DNA from: Octopus vulgaris
Lineage: Eukaryota
Direction: 5' to 3'
NCBI GenBank assembly: GCA_951406725.2
Contig: OX597818.1
Coordinates: 114,948,001-115,012,000 of the forward strand
Length of the DNA stretch: 64,000 nucleotides
The notes beneath the pieces are model-generated. The model had not been told where the DNA came from and ran no database searches. It was given only the letters and a program-made list of their open reading frames with translations. Shown here in pieces: positions 27,321 through 41,197 of the stretch (position 1 is its first letter; every line of letters starts with the position of its first letter). A program made the position numbers and the translations under genes.

Positions 27321-28141
27321 AAAATTGGAATATGTAAAATTTGAATAAAATAAAATATATAAGCATATAAAATACAATAAAATAATATAAACTAAAAATA
27401 AAATAGAATAGAATAACAACAGTATATACATAAACATATAGTTTTGATTGGCTGTTGAGTACTCATGACCTCCTCTGCCCTGTGTACGTAAGTGTATGTT
27501 TGTGTGTGTATACACTTAAATCCGTATGTATTTTATGAACATACATATATGTGTTTATATACGTATGTTTGTAAATAATATATACACATACATACAATGG
27601 TGGATGAGTGTCGAACCAAACACAATCATTCCACTACATGTCTATTATTTACGACTGATTTATCCATTACATTCTCGTATTTTACGTCTGGTATTAAATT
27701 TGAAACGGATTTATCTATTTTAAGTAATGTACTAAGACTGTCTTTCTCTGTCAACCTTCCTCGATTTGTTAAAAACATCCGTGTGAAAATCTACTCATAA
27801 CTCATTAATTGTCCGTTAATTTTTCGTGGAAACTTCTCTTTTGTTGATAAAACAATATAAGGTTGATTATTTTCCTGTTCGTTTGAATATTAGAAACGAT
27901 CTCACGGTTGTTTGAAAATTGCTAATGCGGAAACTCCAACGCGACATCGCTCAGGCTAATGACTTTTACCCGACAGATCCTCAGTGCAACTCATACACTA
28001 CAAGGGAACGACGATAAAAATAATAATATTAGTTAATATTTATTTCCTTTTGATTAAAATCACAAAGGTTTCTTATTTTAAACAGCAAAACATTTTGGAA
28101 TTGTCGATATGTCGAAAATTCTGAAATTTTCAAGAATATTA

Positions 28142-28442
28142 TTTGTTTCTCCTCGAGCTATGCCTGGCTCATTAGGGCCGGTTTCCCGGTTTCCTTGGCG
28201 TATAGGTTCCCCACCCGGACGGGACACCGGTCCGTCGCAGGTGAGCTACAAGATGCAGGAGGAAAGAGTAAGAGAAGGTTGTGGCGAAAGAGTCAGCAGA
28301 AGTTCGCCATTACCTTCTGCCGGAGCCGCGTGGAGCTTAGGTATTTCGCTCATAAACACACACATCGCCCGGTTTGAGATTCGAACCCGCGATCCTTCGA
28401 CCGCGAGTCCGCTGCTCTAACCACTAGGCCATGTGCCTCCAC
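28142..28442 (-). mobile_element. SINE family C, full length, 14-bp TSD
   Basis: A box tggcctagtgg, B box ggttcgaatc; TSD tttcaagaatatta at 28128-28141 and 28443-28456. Confidence 0.9.
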
Positions 28443-28530
28443 TTTCAAGAATATTAGTGGGAATTAATGGTGAAAGTTATTGTAAAGATGTCAAATGGAC
28501 TCGCGAGTTCGATTCGCAGTTTTATTTAAA

Positions 28531-29505
28531 ACTATCTGAATAGCCCATCGTTGCCGGGCAATTTTTACAATAGATTGTCTTATATAAATTTTCATTTATT
28601 CCATGTCAAAGCATGCCTTCCTCGACAGATAAGAGAGATTTGTGCAAATTTTTGCCAAAAATCTTCGTTGAGGGTTCTTTTTACTTTTTAAATTATTTAC
28701 ATGTCTGTTCGACCATTTCGCATGATTTTATTCATTAAAGCTTCATCAGTTCTTACAACTTTGGTCGTCATAATGCTTTGAATTCATTTTGTTTAATAAA
28801 AATGCCTTCTCCTGATGATCTTGCTTTCATTTCGTGATAGAGAGCTATCATGCAGAAAATACCTGCTTCCAAATCCTGCTTTCTGATTAGGTAAAATTGA
28901 TTAAACTTTATACCTCTGTAACATTTTCTGCAATTTTTCTGGAGCAAAAAAAAAATAACAAAATCGGATTTAACGTGGAAAATTATTTCAATATAATATA
29001 TTTCGAAATGTTGACGTAATTTTAAAATCTCACAATATGTGACAGCAACAGGGAGGACCTTACAAAGGTAGATAGGCAGACAGTTACAGGACGTCTCACT
29101 CATACACACACACATTTACAAGCGTACACACAGGTAATCACAAGTTTAAAATGGTGTATAGTAGACATATGTGTGTATGTATGTACGTATGTATGTGTGT
29201 GTCTGTGTGTGAGAATTTGTTTGCAATGGCCAACAGAAAAGTCACCTGCCCCCTCTCTCCTTAACGCTACGTATTCCTCACACCACCATTTCTGTGTGTA
29301 TGTGTTGTATTTATGTATTTGCGAAAGCATGTATGCAGCGTCGCGCGTATATGACAGCTGTAGTAACGTTATCATCCCATTTCCACCACTGCTTTCACCT
29401 TCTTTGATATAAGTAACATGAATGCAAAGTTTCATGAATTTTGGTTCGCTGGTTTAGGCACTAAGATGGTTTAGAGACAGACAGACAGAAATTTCCATAT
29501 ATATA
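28531..29505 (-). mobile_element. Non-autonomous Helitron-like element (Lep1/DINE-like architecture)
   Basis: Minus 5' end tatatatggaaatttctgtctgtctgtc...aaaccagcgaaccaaaattcatgaaactttg; 3' hairpin gcccggcaacgatgggc then a degenerate CTAG (gatag). Confidence 0.5.
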
Positions 29506-31015
29506 CCTTATGGAGGGAGTCTCTCGTAGTCCGAGAATGACGGCTCTTCAATTTGTAGTAGAACAACGTACACAAATGGTTTGTTTATAGTGGTCATATG
29601 TATGTGTTGTACATTAGCTCACTCCCTCCATCAAATCGAAATAGTCTGAACAGGTGAACGGTGTAACCTACGTCAGGTGTCAAAGTAATAGCGAAGCAAT
29701 GTCAGTTGAAATGTTTTGCTCAATAACGCAACGCCACACCTGGTCTAGGAATTGAAACTAGGCTCCAAAGATCGCGAGTGCAGCACCCCTAACCACTAGG
29801 CCAAGCGCCCTCAATAGAAAACCACCATATATGATTTTATAAAGCAACATATCTCTATTGTTGTTTTTCCTCAGTTTCTTTTGTTCTTTCAGTGTGTCTC
29901 TGTATGGAGGGGGTGGTCGGTAGTAAACAGAGCGTGACCGTCTATCGTCTACAATATTTCTTTTGTTAAAGACAGAATGGTAGAGGGAGATTTCGCTGCT
30001 ATTATTTGCAAGTCGATCGGCAAAAGTACAAAGCTTTCCTTTGGCGTTGTACTTATTCATTTGGGTACATAAAAATTACTTACATTTCATAGTGGTGTGA
30101 CAATCATATTATTGCTCAGGGAATACGAGAATAAGTTAATTAACTGATTAGGAATAAATATTAACTTCTTTGTTCTGGTATAAAGTCATAAATTTAAGCA
30201 AGGTGCGGTATAAAACAAACTCATCACCTGCTAGATTCGAGCACACGTGGTAAAGAGACAAAACGAAATATTGTTAGCCACAGAGTCATTCATTCACATT
30301 CAGTAATATTAAAACAAATTCATAGACGGGCGGTAAACACAGCCAAAGTCTATCACAGTCTGAGGAAATTTGATTTTCATGATACGTGGGACATGATATG
30401 GATTGTAGGCAAGCCACCAGTTGTTCTGCAACTGGTCCTCGTAGTAGTGGTAACAAAGTAAAGAAAAGAAACATGACGAGGTGGAAGTGACAGACAATAC
30501 AGTCGAATCCTACGACGAGGTTTATCAGCTCTAAAAGGCATGAACTGTAAAATCTGCCTCGAAACAAGATATTAATATAAAATATAAAAGAAAAGATGTG
30601 TAAACAGCCTTAATTAATACTTCTCCTTTGCTTTACTCATTTTTCTATTCGAGGATATGTTTTAACATTTATGATTGTCAATAATATTAGGGAAAGTGAG
30701 GTTGACTAAAACAAGCAGGCAAAATAAGGCTGGAGCACGTCTGGAGTCGTCAGTGTATTCACTACCTCAAACTTATAACTCTACCGTAAACCTCTGTTCA
30801 ATTTTTAATCAATTTGACGACCATGGTTATCTGCCTTGCGCTAAACAATATTCATTTTTATTGTTAATGGTGTTTCATTTAATTAAGGCTGTCATTTTGA
30901 ATGGATACTGGCTCATTATTATGTTACTCTAGTGCTGAGGTCGATGGAATCGAGTAGCCCCCGCTCATAAAACACCAGGCCTTGTGCCCTATAGTAGAAA
31001 GGATTATTATCGTTT

Positions 31016-31635
31016 TAAACCTTCGTTGGCCGGTGAGGTTGGAAATACACAAAAGGCCATTGGGGTACCAAGGGACCCTCTTTTATTTTTGCGCATTTCC
31101 GCACTATCCATAAAGTAATATTTGTTTAATCTTATACATATATGTGTGAGTGCATGATACAGAACAAGAAATTTAGCATTTCATAAGTATATATTTGTAA
31201 TTATTAGCGTTTAATGGTGGAGAATTAAAATATAATTTAATGACAAAAAAACCCTTATTGAAAGAAATCAACATTCTTTATAGTTTTAGAAACTATATAT
31301 ATAGCACAAAGTATAAAATAAAACAAAATTATTTAGCATATCGATTCATACCAGTACAAATACGAAGAAAATTGATTTATAGTTCATCAGAATATCTGAA
31401 AAATGAACAGAAAACAATAATTTCACAGAACGACAATTGAGTCCAGTAAGACCCTAATTGCCATACTTTGTGCTGTAACGACCATATGACTGGAAATTCT
31501 AAACTCAAAATTTGTCTGTGCATACATAAACGACTGACCATAAAAGTCATGAGATATAAAATCATTTAAATATAAAGTGTAAAAATTGCATAACTTTTAA
31601 AATTTGCTGAGGTCCCAAGGTACCCCGCCGGCCCA
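31016..31635. mobile_element. MITE-like element (possibly piggyBac-type), degenerate
   Basis: Subterminal inverted motifs ggggtaccaagggaccctc / gaggtcccaaggtacccc and ggccgg / ccggcc around an AT-rich core. Confidence 0.4.
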
Positions 31636-32702
31636 CATTGCCCGCTTAGTGGTATTTCATTTGGCTTTATGTTCCGGGCTCAAATTCCGACGAAGTTGAC
31701 TTTGCCTTCCCTCTTTTTCGAAATGGTTAAAATAAGTCCCTATTTAACACAGGAGTCGATGTGATCGGTCAGCCCTTTCCCGCTAAATTTCAAGTCGTAT
31801 ACCTTATAGCAGAATGAAATATTGTTATTCTAAACGGCTCTTTATGTTCTGAGTTCAAACTCCCACGGAATCTACTTTGCCTATCATCCTTTCAGGGTCG
31901 ATAAGATAAGTGCCAATTGTCGGATCACCTTCCCAGATTTCGCGTTTTTTTTGCCTATATTCGAAACAAAAGCAATTATTATTATGTTGAAAAAAGCTAT
32001 CAAGTGCTGTCGGTGATGGAGAGTACAACACAGCGTGTGGGAATGAAAGTCACGTGGTTCAATATCACAGCGCGCGCGCGCGTGTGTGAATTTAATAATG
32101 AATCATTATTAAAATTCGACACACAAAGTTCTTGCACAAAATATAACTGACATCAACAACAACAGAAAGAGCAAAACAAACAAACAAACATATAAACAAA
32201 CAAACAAAGCTTGTGGTTTGGCTTCCGGAAGTTCAGAGAAGCTATCTGAAACGCAATGAGATATAGAAATGAATAAGAGATTTGTTTTACTTTTTAAGTT
32301 CTAAGTGTTGGCTTCCGTCTGAAATAGCATATTTTTAGATTAAATTCTAATTCAGTTTTTTGTTTCAGATTTCGAGCTGCTAATTATTCAAAGGTCAAAA
32401 ATAACCTTTTTTGGGGAAATTATTAATTTCTTTTATCTTGTTTATTGTTTTATATGTTCGTTTTTTTAAAAATATTTTTTCCTTGTTTCAGTTATTAGAC
32501 TGAGGCCATGCTGGGGCAACCCACTGAAGAATTTTAGTCGAACGAATCGACCCCATTACCTTTTTTTTTTCGAAAGCCTGGTACTTATTCTATCGTTCCC
32601 TTTTGCCCAACTGCTAGGTTACGGGGACGTAAACACACCAACACCGGTTTCAAGCGGGGTGGGGACGAACACTGACTCAAAGACAAGTATACACACAGAT
32701 AT

Positions 32703-32772
<70 letters not shown>

Positions 32773-32776
<4 letters not shown>

Positions 32777-33090
32777 CATGCAGGAAGTAAATAGACACCT
32801 TTAATTTTCAAAATTTCTGTTCTAAGCGTCTTTATATGTTTTCAGAGGTGTAGAATTTACAATGTAATTATTCTTTTTCATTCTAGGTGCCATTATATTA
32901 AACATTTGCGAAGAGTAACCATGCCACGTATATTTTGGGATAGAGTAATTTTCTCAGATGAATCCAGATTTGCATCATTTTCAGACAGTGGACGTGTTTG
33001 GGTCTGGAGGCTTACCAATCAAGAGTTTGATTTGAAACGACTCCAACCAACTGGGAAACATCGGGTATCTTTGTAATGTATGGGGAGCTG
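32773..33090 (+). mobile_element. Tc1-like transposon remnant
   Basis: TA-cag start; FWDRVIFSDESRFASFSDSGRVWVWR...LQPTGKH. Confidence 0.75.
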
Positions 33091-34020
33091 TCCCTGCTCA
33101 CCGCAATCAGGACGGAGATGGCTAACCGTAAGCGCAAGCCCATCAGAGTTGTTATTTCAGGGTACCTCACTTGCCATTCTCCGGGAGTAATGTCTTTTCT
33201 CTTTTATCTGCTGGGAACATGAAGCGGACTGACAAATCTTAGATATTTCTCTGCTGAGAGAAAGAGGAAAGATATGATGATTAAGGCAAGGCCGTTTATC
33301 AATATTATAAAGCAATTTCATTAAGCCTTATGAGAGAAATGCAAAACTAAACAGAATGACTCAAGCTCATGTTGAATGATTTATTATGTATAAACGTGAA
33401 CATCATAGTTCTAAACACTGTTGACTGGCAAAATACAACGGTTTCCCAGTTTTTTCCTCCGCTGACATCAGTTCTTATATCTCTGTCTTCTCTATCGCTG
33501 GTCATGCTCCATTTCTTAATGATACATCTCTCCTCCTCTTTCCACCCATTTTGCTCCTAGTCTCCCTAGAACCTCTTACTAATCACCACATCCAGTCTTT
33601 CCTCCACAGAACATCGGCTCTCACGAAATCTTTCCCTTCTCATTTCTTTCAAGAAAGTGTCGAATTGTAACAGTTTAAACGTAACAGGAACCACCTCAAT
33701 CTAACGGGAAGAGAGCGGAAAAGACGTATTAATGCTCATGAAACGTAAAACATTTTCTCACAAATATTTTGCAATCCTGGAACTAAAATCTTTTACGAAA
33801 TTTTCTGTGACATAAAAATTTGTTTGACGTTAATTCAAAGATTTCTTTACATACACAAGAGAAATGCATTCTGCAAATTGGCGTTGCTCAATTATGTCTC
33901 GTGTTACACTTATGACGCACATAGATAACTCCACCTATATAAACACATACATATATGCATATATCAATATCGGCACAGTAAATTCTTATTACTTGACAGA
34001 AATTAATATAATCCTTTAAC

Positions 34021-34835
34021 AAGGCGGCCAACTAGCGACATGATTAACATGCCGGACAAAATACTAAGCGACATTTCGTCCGTCTTTACGTTCTGACTTC
34101 AAATTCCGCCGAGGTCGAATTTGCCTTTCATCCTTTCGGAGATTGATAAAATAAGCACCAGCTGAGAACCGGGGTCGATGTAATCCCCCTGAAATTACTG
34201 GCGTTGAGCCAAACTTTAAAAACCCTATTATTTATTATTTATTTTTATGTTTTTGTTGTAAAAGAGACGGCCCCAAATTTATTGGGGCGGACTACTTCAT
34301 CAAATATACTCAACTATTAGTAATATTTATTGTAGTAATAATGGCTTCAAATTTTGGAACAAGGCTATCAGTTCTGGGGAAGGCGGGTAAATCAATTGCA
34401 TCGATCCCAGTTCGCAACTGGTACTTGTTTTATCGACCCCAAAAGGATGAAAGGCAAAGTTAACATTAGCGGAATTTCAGCTCAGAAATGTAAGGACGGG
34501 CGAAATATCGCTAAGCATTCTGCTCGGCGTGCTAACATTTCTGCCAGCTCGCTGCCTTATATTCGTTTCTACTCAAGGCACAAGGCCCGAAATTTTGGGG
34601 GAAGGGGGCCAGTCAATTAGATCGACCCCAGAATGCAACTGCTACTTAATTTATCGACCCCGAAAGGATGAAAGGCAAAGTCGACCTCGGCGGAATTTCA
34701 ACTTAGAACGTAAAGACAGACGAAATACCAATTTTTTTACTACCCACAAAGAGCTTAACACAAAGGGGACAAACAAGGACAGACAAACGGATTAAGTCGA
34801 TTATTTCGACCCCAGTGCGTGACTGATACTTATTT
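34021..34835. mobile_element. Cluster of SINE family B copies (one plus, several minus)
   Basis: Repeated ttatcgaccccgaaaggatgaaaggcaaagtcgacctcggcggaat. Confidence 0.8.
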
Positions 34836-35369
34836 CATATTTTGGACTCTGTTAAAAAGAACCCTCCTACCTTAGTAAAGATGAGCTGATATTTAGAACA
34901 TCCAAAGTGTGGCTAAATTTAGGGGAAATATTACTAGACGTATTGAAGGAATTTGAACCTTTATTAAATCCCATGTGGACTGTCCTGTCATAGACGACAG
35001 TGAGGATTCTGTACTTTCTTACTGAACAACCGGCACAGAAGATTTGTTTAAAGTGATCAAATGTTTGAGCCGTACATTAGCTTCCTCCAGCTATCAAATA
35101 GACATTTATTGTACAGTTGCACGGCGTGATAATAGAGTAACGTAAAATGAAGAGTTTTGCTCAAGAGCACAACACACCGCCAGTACCAGGAATCGAAACC
35201 TTGATATTGTGAACAGGAATGCAACACCCTAATCTCTGGGTCACAAGTTTTTGAGATCATCTTAAGCGTCAATTTAGAAATCTTATGTTTTAGGTATCAT
35301 TTGGAATTTAACTTTAGGCAAATATTACCATTCCAAAAGCAGAATTCCAAATAATAAACGATAAACGTC

Positions 35370-35672
35370 GTCCTTTTTCAAGCCTAGCCATGCTCATGGG
35401 CCCGGTTTCCAGGTTTTTGTGGCGTACGTGTTCGCCCCAGTTGGACGGGACGCCAGTCCATTGCAGCGTTACTCAAGAAACAGGAAGAGAGAGTGAGAGA
35501 AAGTTGTGGCGAAAGAGTACAACAGGGGTCGCCACCACCCCGTGCCGGAGCCTCGTGGAGCTTTTAGGTGTTTTAGCTCAATAAACACACACAACGCCCG
35601 GTCGGGGAATCGAAACCGCGATGCCCCCGACCGCAAGTCCGCTGCCCTAACCACAGGGCCATTGCGCCCCCC
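35370..35672 (-). mobile_element. SINE family C, diverged
   Basis: Colinear with 28142-28442. Confidence 0.8.
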
Positions 35673-36161
35673 AAATTTCAAATGGAGATATAAGCAAAAC
35701 CTAGCAACATGCTATGGTGCCAAAAGAAAACTATAAGTAGCAAAACGCAGAGAATATTCAATATATTTTTCGTTATAGGCAGCTTGAATGTGACCGCACC
35801 CAACACAATTACGAATTAGAAATAGATGCCAAGAGGCAGAGAGCAGTAGGACTAGAAGACATGTAAACTAGGTTAACATCCTTCTTACGTAATGTTCGTA
35901 GTAACCAATAAAGCCAGTAGTTTCCTGTTCTTGATTAGAAAACCGATTCCCACTACTCATAAATATCAGATACTTTTTTTAATAACGATGATACTAAAGT
36001 TGCCTGCAGTTAATTAGTAAGAATCGCATTCCAAATTAGCCTCTATATCAAAAACCATGGAAATAAACTCCTCCGATGAAACCTGGAAAATAGGTCAAGA
36101 CCTGACATCTTAATGGCAAATGTTTTGTATACAAAACGAAAATAACACGTGCAGATATTAT

Positions 36162-36561
36162 TTTCTTTTCTACACTAGGCACAAGGCCTGAAAGTTTTGG
36201 GGAGGGTGCCAGTCGATTAGATCGACTCCAGTACGCAAATGGTACTTAATTTGTCGACCCCGAAAAGATGAGAGGCAAAGTCGACCTCGGCGGAATTAAA
36301 CTCAGAACTTAAAGACAGACGAAATACCTATTTCTTTACTGTCCTCAAGGAGCTACACACAGAGGGAACAAATAAGGACAGACAAATGGATTAAGACGAT
36401 TATATCGACCCCAGTGCGTAACTGGTACTTATTTAATCGACCCCGAAAGGATGAATGGCAAAGTCGACTTCGGCGGAATTTGAACTCAGAACGTAGCGGC
36501 AGACGAAATACTGCTAAGCATTTCGCCCGGCGTGCTAACGTTTCTGCCAGCTCGCCGCCTT
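36162..36561 (-). mobile_element. SINE family B dimer
   Basis: Head, internal-tail unit, junction gaaata|ggtatttc, terminal-tail unit. Confidence 0.85.
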
Positions 36562-37289
36562 GGTATTTTAGAATATTAAAGGAAGATAGTATTAGCAGCA
36601 TTCGTAAACTTGGGTCATTTCAAACATAATCCAACGGATGGAAGAGATGCACAAAATGTTTTTGTTTTTTTTATGGAGAAATACAATATCGTGATCGAAC
36701 ATTTCAATATTTTAAATATAAAGTCGAAATTCTGCTCAAGTGTAAGCATATGAAGAAATACCAGATAAAACAGTTTTTCAGCAAGCCCAACCACTATAAA
36801 CTAATGAAGGAAATTATTCAACAATGCCATCCGCAAAAGATAACAAGTTGTTCAAGCTGTTAATGGTGTCATACTCCAATTAACATTACAAAAGCAATTA
36901 GTAAATATTCCATGACAAATGCTGTTATAATTATTCTTGCAAGTTTGGCAGACAATTGTGGACGTGTTTCCCTTTTAGATATAATAACACTGAATAACCA
37001 TTCTTTTTCGTACATACTGGAATCCCAGAAAAATAATTCGTAGTAGTTTATTCTCTAAAGTTCACCAATGTCACGCATCGCTGTCTGCGGTGCTCTCATT
37101 TATTTTGGAATCCCGTTAACCGTCAATTCCTTGGATTTACATCCTCTCGTTGTCTTACTTCGTTAGTATCAGCCAGAGTCTACTTCGAATCAGATTGACA
37201 TTCATCTTACGAAGATTTGGAACAGTGCGAAAGATTGTAAACACGTTCGATTCAGGACGTCTTGAATGTAAATCTCTCTTTCTCCCCCC

Positions 37290-37447
37290 CCCCTCTCTCT
37301 GTGTTTATGTTCTCTTATCCCTTTCTGTTGAAGAGTGAAGGCTTGAAACGTAAAAGACTTCTTCAGTTTTTTCAGAGCGTCTAACCATTACACTTGCTTG
37401 TTGTTCATACACCTGCCTTCGTCTTTTGTTTTTCTATAAATTTCAAC

Positions 37448-37448
<1 letters not shown>
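37290..37448 (+). mobile_element. PLE-type element family P1 with HHR-like motif (37321-37356)
   Basis: cttt-CTGTTGA-a-gagt-gaag-gctt-GAAA-cg-TA-aaag; ends aaatttcaac then (TA)n. Confidence 0.6.
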
Positions 37449-37544
<96 letters not shown>

Positions 37545-37569
37545 ATATATATATATATATATATATATA

Positions 37570-37772
37570 GTTAATCCAAACATGAAAACACAAAGAGAAA
37601 ACACAACAATGCGAGGACGTGGAAGAAGTATAGTGTTATTGGACGCTCAGGAAAGGAAAGAAAGAAGGAGGATTTAACGTTTCGAGCAGAGCACTTCGTC
37701 AGAATCATAGGAAAAAGAAAAAGTCCAAGGAAGGGAAGACAGAAAGAAAATCGGCAACGATACACACGCGGT

Positions 37773-37775
<3 letters not shown>
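37570..37775 (-). mobile_element. PLE-type element family P2 with minimal HHR (37671-37706)
   Basis: Minus strand: gatt-CTGACGA-agtgc-tct-gctc-GAAA-cg-TT-aaatc. Confidence 0.6.
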
Positions 37776-37803
<28 letters not shown>

Positions 37804-37855
37804 TCCTTTATTTACCTAATATCGAGCTCTCATTCTTTTGTTGTTGTTGTTGTTG

Positions 37856-37898
<43 letters not shown>

Positions 37899-37912
37899 CA
37901 TTATTATTATTA

Positions 37913-37979
<67 letters not shown>

Positions 37980-37992
37980 CATTATTATTATT

Positions 37993-38539
37993 GAGTGAGC
38001 GAGCAGAGCATGCCATCAAAGTGACACTGGGGTAAAATATACGAAGCCCAGTATACCCATCATGACTACCCGTCTGATAAGGGTACACCAGGCACATGCA
38101 TCACAACCATATGTGCGCGACATGGTGATCTCATATCAAGATAAACAGCACATGACCTTGCAGGTGGGGCCCAGTTAGAATTTTCTTCAGATCGAGTAAC
38201 CCATCCCGCTCAAAAGGTCCCTGAATAAGGGTTGTTTAAGGACGTTGAACGAAACACCCATGTTTCCAGAGGTGAATTATTCAAACCCCAAAGAATCCCT
38301 CTCAACACATGGCTATGATGCTCCCCCACTACTTCTGCTCGTGATCAGAGATGCACATATCGTCAGCCACTAAGGGACATGCTCAACTGGTTAAGGTCAA
38401 ACAACTGACAAGCAAATCTGTGGTATTGAGCAGAATATTTGCTGTAGCCCATCTTTTATACCAAGACAAAACAATGTACATGATAACACTTCCAATCAGT
38501 TAAGATCAGAAGCCATGAGAGCCACTGCCTGGTACTGCA

Positions 38540-38540
<1 letters not shown>
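37993..38540 (-). mobile_element. ~550-bp non-coding element embedded in a (TAA)n array
   Basis: Sharp boundaries with (TTA)n on both sides (37860-37992, 38541-38820); no long ORF; strand inferred. Confidence 0.6.
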
Positions 38541-38605
<65 letters not shown>

Positions 38606-38628
38606 TACTACTACTATTGTTATTATTA

Positions 38629-38704
<76 letters not shown>

Positions 38705-38723
38705 TATTGTTATTATTATCATT

Positions 38724-38811
<88 letters not shown>

Positions 38812-39044
38812 TTATTATTATATGAGAAAAAATAAGTTCAAATTGAACAATTCAAACTTTTTGAGGAATCTGAAAAGAGAGGAAAAATAATTTTAAATAA
38901 AAATTCATCATATTCATAAACATTAACCAGAGCGAGTAATAATAATATAAAAAATAATAATTGAAATAGTTCGTTACAGGTATAAAGATACCATAAACAA
39001 GTATAAAAATGGAGAAAAGATGAAAAAATCAAAATCGGATTTAA

Positions 39045-39143
39045 TACATACGAACGTTTCAAAAGACAATACAATTATGTAAGAAAAAATTATAATCGTA
39101 GTAATTATAATTGAATTTATGCATTGTCATTCTCATCAGTGTG
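39045..39143 (-). ncRNA. Degenerate hammerhead motif with long stem II
   Basis: Minus strand: CTGATGA-gaatgacaatgca...tgtattgtctttt-GAAA-cgtt; stem I poorly paired. Confidence 0.45.
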
Positions 39144-39700
39144 AAGATTTTAAGGAAGAACATCAAAAAAGTTATTAATAAAAGACAATAAGGAAAAACA
39201 GGGAAAAAATAATTATAAGAGACGAAAAAGAAAGACACAAACACATTTTCATTTGGCTATATGTTACAAAAATGATTCAAGATTCAAAAATTTCGGGTAC
39301 GATGTTTAGCAAACGTAAAACATGCAAAAGATACTTATGTAGTTTATATTATGATCATAAAAAAGTAAGGTATTTTTATTTTATACGTCTGTCGGTTATG
39401 TGCGTATATACAATCAGACAAATAGACAGGTAGATTTTAAAAACATTTTGACTAAACTTCATATAATTTAAAGTATCGTGGGCGAGTAGAACAGAAGCAT
39501 TTTACTCGACATCTGATGAGAGAGGTCAACTTTCACGCCCACAAAACTTTTAAATCATACGAAGCTGAGTCAAACAGTTTATACAAAATATAAGGAACTC
39601 CTACCAAATGTTTTGAATGGGAATCACTTTCATTTTGTTTATCCATTCACTCGTGAGTGTGTGTTTGTCTATATCTATATACATATGTATATATATGTGT

Positions 39701-39746
<46 letters not shown>

Positions 39747-39857
39747 GTATATATATATATACATATATATAAATACATACATATATAAATATATACATAT
39801 ATATATGTATATATATATATATGTATACATATATATATATCTATGTATGTATGACGT

Positions 39858-40190
39858 TTAGGAATGACGTCAAATAGTTTTAAGACTCGCTGGTACGCCC
39901 ACACACACTCGTTCCGGCGACCTGACAAATCCAACCAAACTACTCTCGCCGCCCACATCTGGTACCTTAAAAGGAACTCCATCCCCTTCAAGATCAAGTG
40001 GAGACTACTACAGAGGGCGCTTTCTTACACAGGAGGCCATACCTGCTGCGACCTTTGCATTTCTGAGAGCCTGGAGATCTTGTTCGCCAAAGGCCCTCTC
40101 CACAACAAGATCTCGGAACACTCCTCAAACTGTATGCACAAAATTTATGCAAACTACAAAAACTACAGACCCACCCGGCAACCCGATTGA
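39858..40190 (+). pseudogene. Penelope-like element GIY-YIG endonuclease, C-terminal (YIG) half
   Basis: [19 protein letters not shown]...[11 protein letters not shown]...IKWRLL...CDLCISE...NKISE...CMHK. Confidence 0.85.
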
Positions 40191-40893
40191 CGACACCCAA
40201 CCCACAAAAAACTCCCACCCCCACCGTTCCTTCAGCACCCCTAATTACCTTATCTCCTAAGACTACTCACATATATATGGATGTTGGCATATGTGTGTGT
40301 GCGTACATATATGTATACGAGTGCATATACGTATTTGTATGTGAATGTATGTGCAACAGTGTATGTACATGTGTATGTGAAGGCGTGCATACGTGTGTAT
40401 GTGTATATGTGTACATGTTTTTGTATGTGTATATATATATATATATATATGTGTGTATATGTATGTGTGTGTATATGTATGTATATGTACATATATGTAT
40501 TTATAGATATATATGTGTGTGTATGTATGTATATGTATGTGTGTATATGTAAATGTGTATGTGTGCATATGCGTGTATATATATGTGCGTGTATGTACTA
40601 GTGTATGTGTGTGTGTGTACACGGATATATATTTATGTGTAGGTATATGCATGTGTATATGTTTATGGGTGTGTATATGTACACATATATATATATATGT
40701 ATATAAGTGTAAATATGAATATACGTATGTATATGGGTATGTGTATTTGCATATGTATATATCATTTTTTATATTTGTATTTATAGATGTAAATTTGGGT
40801 TTGGATATGAATATGAATATGAATATGGATAGGGATATATATTAACTGAGTATACGTATGGATATGTGTATGTGTATTTACATATGTATATAT

Positions 40894-40952
<59 letters not shown>

Positions 40953-41197
40953 TGTAAATTTGGGTTCGGTTATGAATATGAATATGAATATGGATATGGA
41001 TATATATTTGTATGTGCTTACGTGCGTGGATCTATGTGTTTGTATGTATGTATGTATAGGTGTATAGGTATATATATGTACGCCTGTGTGTTTTATGTAT
41101 ATGTATATATATATATATCTATATATGTATATATATATATGTATATATGTGTATATATATATATGTGTATATTTATGTGCATGTATCTGTATGTATG

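Noticed and set aside
39478-39543. CTGATGA between hairpins and gtgggcg/cgcccac
   Set aside because: No GAAA or stem III follows, so it is not a complete hammerhead.
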